Numbered from the stretch's first letter, positions 11,631 through 22,436 are shown. The stretch is DNA of 32,000 nucleotides from Candidatus Saccharimonadota bacterium (GCA_965229705.1 OZ245922.1:960001-992000); one strand, 5' to 3'. Translations and numbers: made by a program. The notes: generated from the letters alone by a model not told the origin.

Positions 11631-12329
11631 ATGAAAAAAATTTATAAAGATGCCATTGTAAATATTGATGGAACGGATGAGTATGACCAAATTTTTTCCT
11701 TGGACTATGCTACTTCATTGCAAGCTACAAAGGATAGAGAGATAATTTATATGAGAGATCTTTTAGAGAAATATAAAAATGAAGAAATTTCAAAGAAGGT
11801 AAAAGAAAAACCAGCAATGTGGTCTGAGGTATACTCTCCAAAAAATGAGCTTGCTCTCTTTACAGAACTATTTGAAAAGGCCCTTAAAGAGAAGAAGAAA
11901 ATTCATATTATCTGAATAACTCTCGGAGAAGAAATCGAGATGCTGGAGAGGTACTACGAGGAGCTCGGATGTATGCGAGAAGATATCAATGCCTTTGAGG
12001 TAGATTTTTCTCTCCCACTCGTAACAGTGAGTTGCCATATAGAGAATCTTATTTGGAAGTGAAGTGACTACAAATCTCAGTGAAGCAAGATATTTTTTTG
12101 CCCTCCTATTCGTGAATCGGGTCAAAATAAAGCACTTTTCAAGGGAATTACGAGAGGAGTTATAGCTGGAATAGAGCTTTGAGAATTTACTAATGAAAAG
12201 CAAATATTTATTGGAGATTGTATCAGACAAGAAAAAATCCTGCCCATTCATATGGCAAAAGTTTTGAAATATAATTTGGAGGATATGGGTATACTATGAG
12301 GTACTCAGAGTATGTGTGTCTCTTATTAG
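11631..12329 (+). CDS. hypothetical protein (232 aa)
   Basis: Track ORF 11631..11915 continues through 5 TGA codons to the TAG at 12327. The composition is protein-like. The segment FCPPIRESGQNKALFKGITRGVIAGIE loosely recalls amidohydrolase motifs, but the DH metal ligands are not seen, so no family is assigned. Confidence 0.55.
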
Positions 12330-12348
12330 TGAGTTTCTCAGAGCTTCT

Positions 12349-12807
12349 TTAGAATACTATATCTTCTCAAAAAATTTCTTTCCAAACTTTTTTTTCCCAC
12401 TGTATCATTTCTTCATATTCTTCATCGGTCTCATGATCATATCCAAGTATATGGAGAAGCGAATGAATGAGGAGTTTATAAAACTCTTTCTCTGTTCATA
12501 ATCCATACTCTTTTCCCTGAGAGATGATTCTTTCTTCGCAAAAAATTATCTCTCCTGCAAGGTCCGTTTCTCAGAGATGACAAAAACTTTCATAATAGTG
12601 AAAACTCAAAACATCTGTTACTTTATTTATTTTTCTATATTTCTTGTTCAAATTTTGTATACCTCAAGCATCAAAAAACACGAGATTTATGACTCATAGT
12701 TGTTTTTTTTCTATGAGTTTAGAAATACAGAGTCATATTTCGTCAAGGATATTTTCAGAAACAGTAAACTGAGGTTCTTTTACTATTTGAAGCGAAAACA
12801 TAAGCAT
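12349..12807 (-). CDS. ybeY: rRNA maturation endoribonuclease YbeY
   Basis: The minus strand encodes ...DVLSFHYYE...AGEIIFCEERI...LLIHSLLHILGYDHETDEEYEEMIQWEKKVW. The HxxxHxxGxxH zinc motif is diagnostic. ATG at 12807, TAA at 12351-12349. Confidence 0.85.
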
Positions 12808-13232
12808 TATAAAAAAGAAATATATAGTAAAAGAGTATAGAAAATTTGCTCCTTATGTCGAGTAGAAGTATAATCTCTTTGTTTTTCTGGTCTATCGGTG
12901 GCATGCCCAATAATTTTTTCCTTACAACAAAAAATTATATGCGGGTGTTCTACACTAATTATCTGGGTAGAGGGGTTCGTCCTTTCCGAAAGATAGAGGC
13001 TCCTGCAGAAGCTGTATTCAATAAGGAATACCAAAATCTTGAGCTGACCATAGATTGGATATATATCATAAAAAATCAGGTTTTCGGACTTGATTTTTTT
13101 TACTCTCTCATATAATTTTGTGAGTTTTCTACGCGGAGTTTCAGGAAAAGATGTTTCCTCATTTTGAGATCAGTTTTACAAGGATTTTGTACTTCTCAAA
13201 GCTTCTAAAATATTATTTACTTTGAAAGATAT

Positions 13233-13466
13233 ATGTCGATTATTACTCAAGAACAAGTATCAGCGCTCAGATCTGCAAATGTTGCAGTGCCAGACGTTAA
13301 TGAGACTTGTATAGGATGTAGTGCTTGTGTGGCAATTGCTGGGGAAGTGTTTGAACTCAACAGTGAGGGGAAGTCGGAGGTAGTATATAAAGACAGCTAT
13401 GAGTGATGTGATGTTGATGATGCTATATGCGCTTGTCCGGTTGATGCAATATCTTGGACAGAATAA
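13233..13466 (+). CDS. fdx: small ferredoxin (single Fe-S cluster type)
   Basis: The 77-aa protein carries CIGCSACVAIAGEVF ... CACPVDAISW, a CxxCxxC...CP pattern. It has one in-frame TGA. Confidence 0.75.
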
Positions 13467-13495
13467 ATTTCTATCTCGTTTCTTTTGGTTATTTA

Positions 13496-13530
13496 CTCCT
13501 GCTTTTCTCAAGAAAGCAGGAGATTTTTTT
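13496..13530 (+). terminator. rho-independent terminator after fdx
   Basis: Stem CTCCTGCTTT / AAAGCAGGAG, followed by ATTTTTTT. Confidence 0.7.
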
Positions 13531-13801
13531 AGAGTAATATACCTTCTCGATATTTTGTAAATTGACAAAAATTACAATTTTTATTCCTAAAAATTTTCTT
13601 AAAAAAACTTATTTTTGGAGAGATTTTTTCTCTATCCAATAACGCCTTTGAGTTTTCCACATTTTATTAACATAACTGCACACATTTTTGTAGCAAAACT
13701 TTTGAAAAACTATACATTCTCTCTGCGTGATGATGTGAAAATATCATCCTTTATTTTTTCCCTTATGGAGGGGATAGTAATATATTATATAGAGAGAAAA
13801 A

Positions 13802-15079
13802 ATGACAATAGAACATGTAAGAAAACGCTCAGGAGAAATGGTAAGTTTCGACGGAGAAAAAGTCACACAAGCAGTGTATAAATGCCTTGAACAAATAGGA
13901 CATACTGACGCTCTCGGAGAGTCTGTAAAGATTTCAAAAAAAGTAGAAAAAAAGATCATAAAGTTTGCCAAAGATCACAAGGACTTTATCCCTACAGTTG
14001 AAGAGATACAAGATATAGTAGAATTTCAACTTATGAAGGCAGGACTTTTTGAGGCAGCAAAAGCATATATCCTTTATCGTGAAGAGAGAAAGAAAGACAG
14101 GAGTAGGAGTATTTTTCGAAAGCGAATCAATCTCAAACCATACGAGTATCCAGAACTCGCAGAATATGTTGATGCTATTCGTCATTCATACTGGGTACAT
14201 ACAGAGTTTAATTTTACCTGAGATATACAAGACTTTAAAGTTATGGTTTCTCCGCAAGAGCGAAATGCTATAAAAAACACCATGCTTGCTATTGCTCAGA
14301 TAGAAGTATCTGTAAAGACTTTCTGGGGGGATATTTATAAAAGAATGCCAAAGCCAGAGATAGGAGCCGTTGGTCAAACTTTTGCTGAATCCGAAGTTCG
14401 TCATATGGATGCCTACTCACACCTACTAGAAATACTTGGGCTCAATGAAGATTTTGAGAAAGTAAAATCTCTTCCTGTTCTTTCAAAGAGGGTGAATTAC
14501 TTGCAAGATGTTTTAAAAAATACACACTCAGAGGACAACGAAGAGTATGCACATTCTATTCTGCTTTTTTCCCTGTTTATTGAACACGTTTCTCTTTTTT
14601 CCCAGTTTCTTATTATGATGGCGTTTAATAAGCATAAGAATATTTTTAAAGGGATATCAAATGTTGTCGAAGCAACGAGTAAAGAAGAACAAATTCATGG
14701 ATTATTTGGGATTGATCTCATCAAGCTTATCAAAGCAGAACACCCAAGCTGGTTTCACGATGATTTTTATAATGAAGTCAAAAAATCATGTCTGAGAGCC
14801 TATGAAGCTGAGTCTGATGTTCTTGACTGGATATTTGAAGAGGGAGAGTTGAGTTTTCTTCCAAAGGATATGATAGGAGAGTTTGTAAAAAATAGATTTA
14901 ATAAGTCTCTCGAGTCTATTGGTATGGAGAAGCTTTTTGAAATAAATGAAGAGCTCTTGCAAGAAACAGACTGGTTTGATGATGAGATTATTGCCACAAA
15001 GCATGGGGATTTCTTTTACAAGAGACCCATTAACTATAACAAAAAGTCTAAAAGTATTACGGGAGACGATTTATTTTAA
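13802..15079 (+). CDS. nrdB: class I ribonucleotide reductase beta subunit with an N-terminal ATP-cone fusion
   Basis: Track ORFs 13802 and 14243 are in one frame, joined by the TGA at 14219. Residues 1 to about 95 (VRKRSGEMVSFDGEKVTQAVYKCL...IQDIVEFQLMKAGLFEAAKAYILYREERKK) form an ATP-cone. The remainder is R2, with metal/radical-site motifs AQIEVS, AESEVRHMDAYSHLL (ExxHxxxY), FSLFIEHVSLF and SKEEQIHGLF. Confidence 0.9.
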
Positions 15080-15105
15080 ATATTATTTTTTAAACATTTG
15101 CAACT

Positions 15106-16776
15106 ATGAGATGGCTTAATGAACACTCAAAACTTTTTCTGGAAAGAGGATATTTGGTAGAATGACAAACGGCACAAAAACGACTTCGAGATATTGCAGA
15201 AAATGCAGAAAAAATACTCAAAAAACCAGGATTTGCAGATACATTTTATGGATATATGGAAAAAGGGTATTACTCTCTTTCATCTCCTGTTTGGGCAAAC
15301 TTTGGTCTTGATAGAGGTCTTCCGATTTCTTGTTTTGGTTCATATATTTGAGATGATATGTGAAGTATCCTTCATACGCACGCAGAGGTAGGAATGATGA
15401 CGAAGTATGGAGGAGGAACAACAGGATATTTTTGAGATTTGCGTCCAAGATGAGCAGAGATAAAAGACAACGGACATTCTTCTGGAGCAGTACACTTTAT
15501 GAAACTTTTTGATTCGTTGATAGATGTGGTATCTCAGGGAGCTGTAAGACGATGAACATTTGCTACCTATCTTCCTCTTGAACATGCAGATGCAGATGAG
15601 TTTTTGGATATTCGTTCAGATGGAAACCCGATTCAGCATATCAATTTTGCCGTAACGGTCACAGATCAGTGGCTCAATGAAATGGTTGATGGAGATGAAG
15701 AAAAACGAAAACTGTGGGCAAAAGTCATTCAACGAAGGAGTGAGTGAGGTCAGCCATATATTTTCTTTACTGATAATGTCAATAATCATACGGTTGATAC
15801 ATATAAAGACCACAACAAGCGTATTCATATGAGTAATGTGTGTAGCGAGATCATGCTTCCAACCGATGAAAATGAGTCATTTGTTTGCTGTCTTTCTTCT
15901 ATGAATGTTGAGTATTTTGATGAGTGGAAAGATACAGATGCTGTGGAGATTATGACCTATTTTCTTGATGCCGTGATGCAGGAGTTTATTGAAAAACTTG
16001 AAGCACTCAGAGATAGCGATGACCTGCAGAAGCAGAGAGCCTTTGGGTTCATGGAGAGAGCATATAACTTTGCATACAATCATAGAGCTCTTGGTCTTGG
16101 GATATTTTGATGGCACTCATACTTGCAATCAAAGATGATTCCTTTTGAACATCCAGATGCGATGCAGCTCAATAAAACGATTTTTCAGTTTCTTCACGAG
16201 AAATCTTACAAAGCGTCAACGCAAATGGCAAAAGAGTATGGAGAAGCTCCACTCACACAAGGATATGGAAGAAGAAATACGACCCTGCTTGCAGTTGCTC
16301 CAACAACCTCATCAGCGTTTATCATTGGTCAAGCATCTCAATCTATCGAGCCGTGGTGGTCTAACTGTTATGTAAAAGATCTTGCAAAGATGAAAGTCAC
16401 AATTAAAAACAAATATCTTGAAGCACTTTTAGAAGAGAAGGGAAAAAATGACAGAGATACATGGAACTCGATTCGTGATAATGATGGATCTGTACGACAT
16501 CTCGATTTTCTCTCAGATCTTGAAAAAGATGTGTTTAAGACTTTTGCGGAAATCAATCAGTTTGTGATTGTAGCACAAGCAGCTGATCGTCAGCAATATA
16601 TTGATCAAGGACAGTCACTCAATCTGATGGTTCATCCAGATACACCGGTAAAAGATATCAATGCTCTTTACATAGATGCATGGAAGCAAGGAATAAAAAC
16701 GCTTTATTATCAGCATAGTAAGTCTGCAGCCCAAGAACTTTCGAGAAAGATTAGTTGCGTTGGGTGTGAAGCGTAA
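15106..16776 (+). CDS. nrdA: class I ribonucleotide reductase alpha subunit, short form without an ATP-cone
   Basis: ATG 15106; the frame runs through about 9 TGA codons into track ORFs 15829 and 16123. It has the catalytic NVCSEIMLP (NxCxE), PISCFGS (the Cys of the redox pair), the KTLYYQHS Tyr-Tyr pathway pair, and a C-terminal CVGCEA redox tail. The N-terminus starts directly in the catalytic barrel with no cone. Confidence 0.9.
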
Positions 16777-17563
16777 ACTCCGTACACTCCTTTTCTCAAA
16801 ACTCTCATGCTGACTCCTCTATAAATGCTATTCTCTCAGAACTTATAGGATGAGTTGAAAAATATACTCCATATTGTTCCCAATCCTCCTGGTTTCTCTC
16901 GAAAAATCATATCGCGCAACGAGTGTTCAACTGGAGATCGTGCAAAAGTTCTACTCCTCAAGCATCTGCGCTTCGTTCTAAACTGCGAGATTGAGTATTG
17001 CTAAATATTTGGGCAATCTCACTGATAGGAATACCAGAATCAAACCCCAGAAAAGCAAGACCAAGAGTCATAGGTGCGTGTACCAGGAGTCATCGAAGAG
17101 CGTCCCTATTTTCTAAATGTTCTATTTCATGACCGAGGATAAATAACAGTTCCTCTTCATACTGTATTGCTTCTAAGAGTCACCTTGTTATCATGAGGGT
17201 TGCTCCTATCATCGCAAAGGCATTTTCTGCTTCTTCCTCAAGAATATAGATGTCATAGTCTTTACTTTGAGGAAGACGATACTGAAGACGACTCATATCA
17301 AGCTTTTCTAGCGAAGTATCAAGAAAGAGGGGACCAAGATATTTCTTTTCTTTTTCGAGGTCTATGATTAGGAGAACAGACCACGCAAATATCCAAAATG
17401 CCACATAACAAAACACTATAGCAGCGATGAGATAGCCAAGCGTTATCATTGCCCACCTCAGATTTGGACGCAGAGGAAGTGCTTCGTGAATATTTATAGG
17501 AAGCTCTATTTTTTCAATCTCTTTCTTTTTTGTCTCATCTTTCATAGGAAAAAAATTCGTCAA
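16751..17563 (-). CDS. M48 family zinc metallopeptidase, membrane-anchored
   Basis: Track ORF 17180..17563 (a TM helix, then AFAMIGATLMITR) continues through TGA into LFILGHEIEHLENRD (HExxH) and ERSADAGG (third ligand, ExxAD). Its 3' end overlaps the nrdA 3' end by 26 nt. Confidence 0.7.
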
Positions 17564-17613
17564 AGAGTATTATTTTTTATAATATGAAAATATTATTTTT
17601 GTAAATAATCTCT

Positions 17614-19872
17614 ATGTCAAAGGAAAGCAAAATCATACGACCAAAGTTTTGGAGCTTTATGCTCCCTCGAAGCATAATGCTTGTGATCCTCACCATTATT
17701 ATGCTATTTGTGAGTATATGACTCATGATGGAAGATATGCTTATAGGAGCAGTAGTAGCTCTTGTGAGTTTTGTCATAGTATCCTTTCTCTACTATCTTC
17801 TCTATGTGATGTACACAAAAGAGTCATATCACTTCGAAGGAAATAAAATAGTGAGATACTATGGAACACTTTTTTCTGATAATCATCTGGAGTTACAGCT
17901 TCATCGAACAGCAATCCTGCGTCTTACCAGGCCATTTCTTTTACAAATATTTTTTTGAACTGGACATATTGCTATTCAGGCAGCAGGAAGTTCGGGAGCA
18001 AGATTTTTTCTCCAACATATAGGGAATCCTAAAGAGGTCTATGAAGAAATTCAATGATACCTGCAAGAATCGTGATTTCACCTCAAGAAAGAAAAACTCG
18101 TCCAAGAGGCTCGTCCTCATCCACTTGGAGTGTTTTGAGAAATAGGAAAGAAACTCGCAGTAACAATATTTTTTACGGCGTATATTCTTGGTTCAATCAT
18201 ATATGAGTTTTCTTCACAGCTCAGTTTTGCTGGATTAGGATTTCTATCATATTTTAGCAGCTGAACTCTCATCTTGATCATATTGGGAGTATATATCTCT
18301 TTGAGCTATATGGATCTCAAGAGAAGGCGTTACAACATATATGAAGATGCAGTTGAGTTTTATGAGTGATTTCTTACAAAAAGATATAGTGTGATTCCTA
18401 TGGAAAATGTGAGCGATGTAGAAAACACGCAAAGTTTTCTCTCAAAGATTTTTGGCTTACATGATATAAAAGTGAGTTGTGCATGATGAGAAAACGAAGT
18501 GCTATTTAAAAATATGACGCAGGGAGAAAAGATGATAGAAAATCTCAAATTTCTTAAAAATGAGATTATCCCAAAAGAGAGAGCAAAAAGTATCCCAAAA
18601 GACACTCGTTCTCTTATCAGCTTTATCGATAAGATTGAGGAGCCTCTAAAGTACGATGAGTGATTTACCGGAGAATATAGGATGAAGTATATCAGATCTA
18701 TCGCGCCATACCTGCTCTTTCTTATTCCACCACTTACCCCTGTGGGTATTGGGATGATTGTATGGGAAACTCTTAGAGTAAAATTTACTGATTATAGTAT
18801 CACTCCGTCAAGCATTGATAAGAGATTTCATTTTCTCTCAAACAAACATGTGAGCTACAGTATTGAGAAGATTACAGGAATGATAGTGAAGAGAAATGTC
18901 ATTGATATTATTTTTGGGACATGCTCTGTGAGCTTTTTGTCTCTTGGTTCAAGTGGAACGCTTGATTTTTCCAATATTGCATATAGCGAAGATATTGAGA
19001 AACATATGAGGCAAAAGGTCTGAATATATCTTCCTAAAGAACAACCTATTCTTCCTATTCGGTTTGGATATATAAACTTTTTTAAGGCAAATATTTTTTG
19101 GTCATGGTTTCTACCACTTTCTTTACCGATATATGCTTATAAGCTCTTTTTTTATTCACAGCGATTTTACAAAAATATATTTTTTGATGAGTGTATTTGT
19201 GCAAAAAAGGGAATTTTTATGCAAACAACTTTTTACGCTCTTTCGAGAAATATCAAATGAATCACTTCTGTGAAGTATCCTCTTACTCAGGTAGGACAAC
19301 TGAACTTGAATGTTGCAGGAGAGAAAATGATTCAAAGCAAAAATAAAAAAGGCTCATGACAATGAATTATGCTGTTATCTCATAAAATACATATTCCATA
19401 TCTAGATAACGTACAAGATGCTCAGGATTATTTTGATACGAGATTTTTTGGGACATGATTTTCTCGTGAAATGGTGGTTGAGACTTGACAGTCAGTAAAA
19501 AATACGCTTTTCTCTCTTAGTATTCCTTTTGCGATATTTATAGCATACATTTTTAGTCAAGGTATTATGTGACTTCTTGTATGTATAGCGCTTTTGTTAG
19601 GGTGCGCATGAATGATAGTATGGGTAATTCGTATGAGGTATTTTCGTTTGGAGAAGTCGAGAGTGATTTTCGGATCATGAATTATCTATAAAAGACGGCA
19701 GTCTATCTTGTACTCAAAATTGAACTTTATCGAGCTCAATAGATGATTTCTCAATAAGATTTTTACAAATGGGAGTATTGGAATATATACACTTGGGAGT
19801 ACTTCTCGTGAGATGACGCTCAGAGATATAGATGAGTACCAAAACTTGTATGAGCTCTTACAAACTCAATAG
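17614..19872 (+). CDS. large membrane protein with repeated bacterial PH (bPH_2, YdbS/YdbT-like) modules
   Basis: I checked codon by codon that the frame is continuous from the ATG at 17614 to the TAG at 19870, with more than 20 in-frame TGA. Units of a TM hairpin plus a PH-like segment repeat, for example YSVIPMENVSDVENTQSFLSKIFGLHDIKVSCAGGENEVLF and ILYSKLNFIELNRGFLNKIFTNGSIGIYTLGS. Confidence 0.6.
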
Positions 19873-19926
19873 GGAAATACTAAGAAACTGCGAAAAAACT
19901 TCGTATTCTAGACGGTTTTTCCCTTG

Positions 19927-20322
19927 TTATTCACTTCAAAGATTTTCCTCCATTCTTTGCATAATCTCTTTTGAAAGTGAGCTTTCATCTTGCTCCATGA
20001 GGTGTAGAAGAACTTCGCTTGATAGGACAATGACCTCAAGTTCTTGAGTGGCAACTACGCTTGCGCTTCGAACCTCTTCACTGAGAAGAGCCATTTCTCC
20101 AAAGATATCTCAAGTTCTCATGATATGCCGTGATCCTTGGGGTGTTGATACTTCGACAGATCCAGAAAGAATAATATATCATTCCCCATTTGGTTCCTCT
20201 CCTTGAGAAATAATAGTTTCTCCCTCGAGAAATTTCTTGGTACTACTAGCGGCGATAATCTCCTCTATCACTTCGTCTTTGAGACCTTGGAATATTTTGA
20301 GATGAGAATAATAGGAACTCAT
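19927..20322 (-). CDS. stand-alone cyclic-nucleotide-binding-domain protein
   Basis: The sequence MSSYYSHLKIFQGLKDEVIEEIIAASSTKKFLEGETIISQGEEPNGEGYIILSGSVEV...GDIFGEMALLSEEVRSASVVA matches the cNMP-binding beta-roll and FGEMAL phosphate-binding-cassette pattern. No HTH follows. The ATG at 20322 is preferred over the upstream alternative start at 20403. Confidence 0.6.
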
Positions 20323-20578
20323 AATCTTTATATTTAAGAAATAAAAAATACTTGCTTTAGGAAATGCGGAAAAAATTCGTATTTTATCGTCAAAAACCAA
20401 CATTAACTAGTACGCTTATTTCAGCCAAGTTGATTTTTCCTTGAACTACTTGTTTTTACACATTTCTTATTTTCTATGCTTACTGTTAGTATAGGCTATA
20501 TTTTTTTTATAAGCAAATAATTGCTCTGAGTATCATAATATGATACGATACTTTCAGTAGAAGTATAAAAAGAGTATT

Positions 20579-21421
20579 ATGAGTATGCAACATTTTCTTG
20601 AAACTTTGAGTGTATTTTATATTTCTCCCTCTATGATGGGGATAGTTTTTGTGATGTTGTTTCTTTTAGGAATTTCTTTTCTTTTTACGAGATTCCCTGA
20701 GAGTAACTTTTCTCTTGTATGAGATATGTTTTACGAAAAAATATTTTCTTTTTTTGATGACCTTTTATGAAGCGACTTTTCTCTTGGTACAAAAACATTT
20801 ATTGTGAGTCTCTTTTTCATTATTCTTTTCACAAATATTCTTGGAATATTTTTGGATTTTTTGGCTCCTATCTTTGGTGTGAGTGAAGGGGGCTTTGTTT
20901 TGGAAAAATTTATTCGTATTCCGAGCGCTGATGTTCAGTTTAATATGGCATTAGCAATCGTCAGTATGGTACTGCTCATCTATTTACAGTTTTTAGCTCT
21001 TGGAAAAAAAGATTTTTTTCTGAGCTATTTTCCGATATATGGGAAAGGATATCTAGAATTGCAGAAGGGAAGTATGAACCATATTTTGTATTGGATCGTT
21101 TTTCCTTTGGTCAAAATTTTTGATATTCTTATATCATTTTTTCTGAGTTTTTTGGATATTATTGGCTTGTTTGCAAAGGTCATTTCTCTGTCGTTTCGTC
21201 TTTTTTGAAATATTGTTTCAGGCGGAGTTCTCCTAGCGATACTCATAGTTGCTCTTGGGAACTTTACGGAGTCCCTTACAAGTTTTATGGGAGGGATTCA
21301 TTTTCCTGTAATACTTCCGTTGATAGTATATGCGCAGTCACTGCTTATAGCAGTGATACAGGCTCTGGTATTTTCTCTCTTGGTTGCGATATTTATGAAG
21401 GTAAGTCAGGGGGAGAATTAG
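20579..21421 (+). CDS. atpB: ATP synthase Fo subunit a, paralog 1 (alternative Fo module)
   Basis: It contains SLSFRLFGNIVSGG (essential Arg; the Gly of RLFGN is encoded by the TGA at 21206-21208) and the C-terminal helix LLIAVIQALVFSLLVAIF. It is in frame with track ORF 20804. Confidence 0.8.
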
Positions 21422-21499
21422 GAGACAAGAGGCTACTTTTTTGCACTTATAATAAAAGTATGATAGCATAGAAATATATTATTTCTTACACAGACACTT

Positions 21500-21949
21500 A
21501 TGGATATCTCGGCAATTTCACTTTGAGCGTCACTTTCAGTATGACTTGCAGGAATCTGAGTAGCTCTTGGTCAATCAGGACTTGCAAGAACAGCTATCGA
21601 AATGATAGGGAAGTCGCCACGACTCTCAGGAACTATGCTTATTTATACTATTCTTGGATTGGCACTTGTCGAAACAGCAATTATTTATGGACTGGTAGTA
21701 GCTTTTTCGATTATCGGAGCAACAGATGTAGGGAGTAGCCATCTTATAGGCGCTGGTCTTGTTATGGGTCTTACAGCTTTTTGAGCTGGTTATGGTGAAG
21801 GGAGACTTCTCTGCGCTGCTCTTGAAGCCGTAAATAGAAACCCAGAGAACAAGGCGCAAATACTTCAGTATATGGTACTTTTTGCAGCACTTGTCGAGAC
21901 TTCTGCTATATATGGACTGATTATTGCGATGAAACTCCTTAACGCTTAA
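21500..21949 (+). CDS. atpE: ATP synthase subunit c, tandem-fused double hairpin (149 aa, 4 predicted TM helices)
   Basis: There are two c-type hairpins in one ORF. Hairpin 1 is GVALGQSGLARTAIEMIGKSPR...LGLALVETAIIYGLVVAF. Hairpin 2 is GAGYGEGRLLCAALEAVNRNPE...LFAALVETSAIYGLIIAM. Four in-frame TGA fall in Gly-rich helix positions. Confidence 0.8.
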
Positions 21950-21954
21950 ATATC

Positions 21955-22422
21955 ATGCTCCAAATAGACATATACATTCTTTTTGCGCAAATAATCAATT
22001 TTTGAATTCTCTTTTTTATATTCAAAAAATATATTGCCAATGCGATGAATGCTCGAATACAGGAGCGCAGAAGAGAGCTAGAAAAACTCAAAAAAGCCGA
22101 TGAACACTACGAACAAAAAATGTCTCTTGCACAACAACAAAAAAAAGAAATACTTGATACCGCTCGAGAAACAAGCTCAGCATTGATGAAAGAGTCAGAA
22201 GTGATTATACAACAAAAGGTAGGAACAATTATTGCAAAAGCCAAGCAAGAAGCTCTTGCTATTTTGGAGAGTGGTAAACGCGAGCTGGAAAAAGACCGTC
22301 TTTCTATGCTCTCTCAGATGAAGTCTCATATTATTGATGTCTCACTCAAACTGAATGAGAAAATGTTTGGAAAATGAAAAACCAATAAAGAGTTTTTAGA
22401 AAAAGAGTTAGAGAATTTATAG
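21955..22422 (+). CDS. atpF: ATP synthase Fo subunit b, paralog 1
   Basis: It has an N-terminal TM helix (IYILFAQIINFGILFFIFKKYI) and then a long charged helix (RIQERRRELEKLKKADEHYEQK...). It is in frame with track ORF 22045. Confidence 0.75.
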
Positions 22423-22436
22423 AAAGCTCTGAATTT

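Noticed and set aside
12975-13000. GGGGTTCGTCC segment resembling a tRNA T-arm, or a tmRNA/RNase P fragment (also GAGCTGACCA at about 13040)
   Set aside because: I could not fold flanking acceptor or anticodon stems. The RNase P P4 consensus (GGAAAGTCC...ACAGAA) is not matched. The similarity is limited to a few bases.
12846-13115. 89-aa plus-strand ORF with a TTG start in the ybeY-fdx gap
   Set aside because: It has no motif, an unconvincing composition, and a terminator-like hairpin inside its 3' end. The region is kept as an unexplained finding rather than annotated as a CDS.
13773-13790. A/T palindrome before nrdB as an NrdR box
   Set aside because: It only loosely resembles the acaCwAtATaTwgtgt consensus, because the flanking C/G anchor positions are missing. 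There is a single copy where NrdR boxes usually come in pairs, and such words are expected by chance in AT-rich DNA.
20579-22422. Interpreting the first a-c-b set as part of an N-type ATPase operon
   Set aside because: N-ATPase operons begin with beta-epsilon and carry AtpQ/AtpR, alpha and gamma in the same unit. Here only a, c and b are present, and a strong terminator separates them from a canonical F-type operon.
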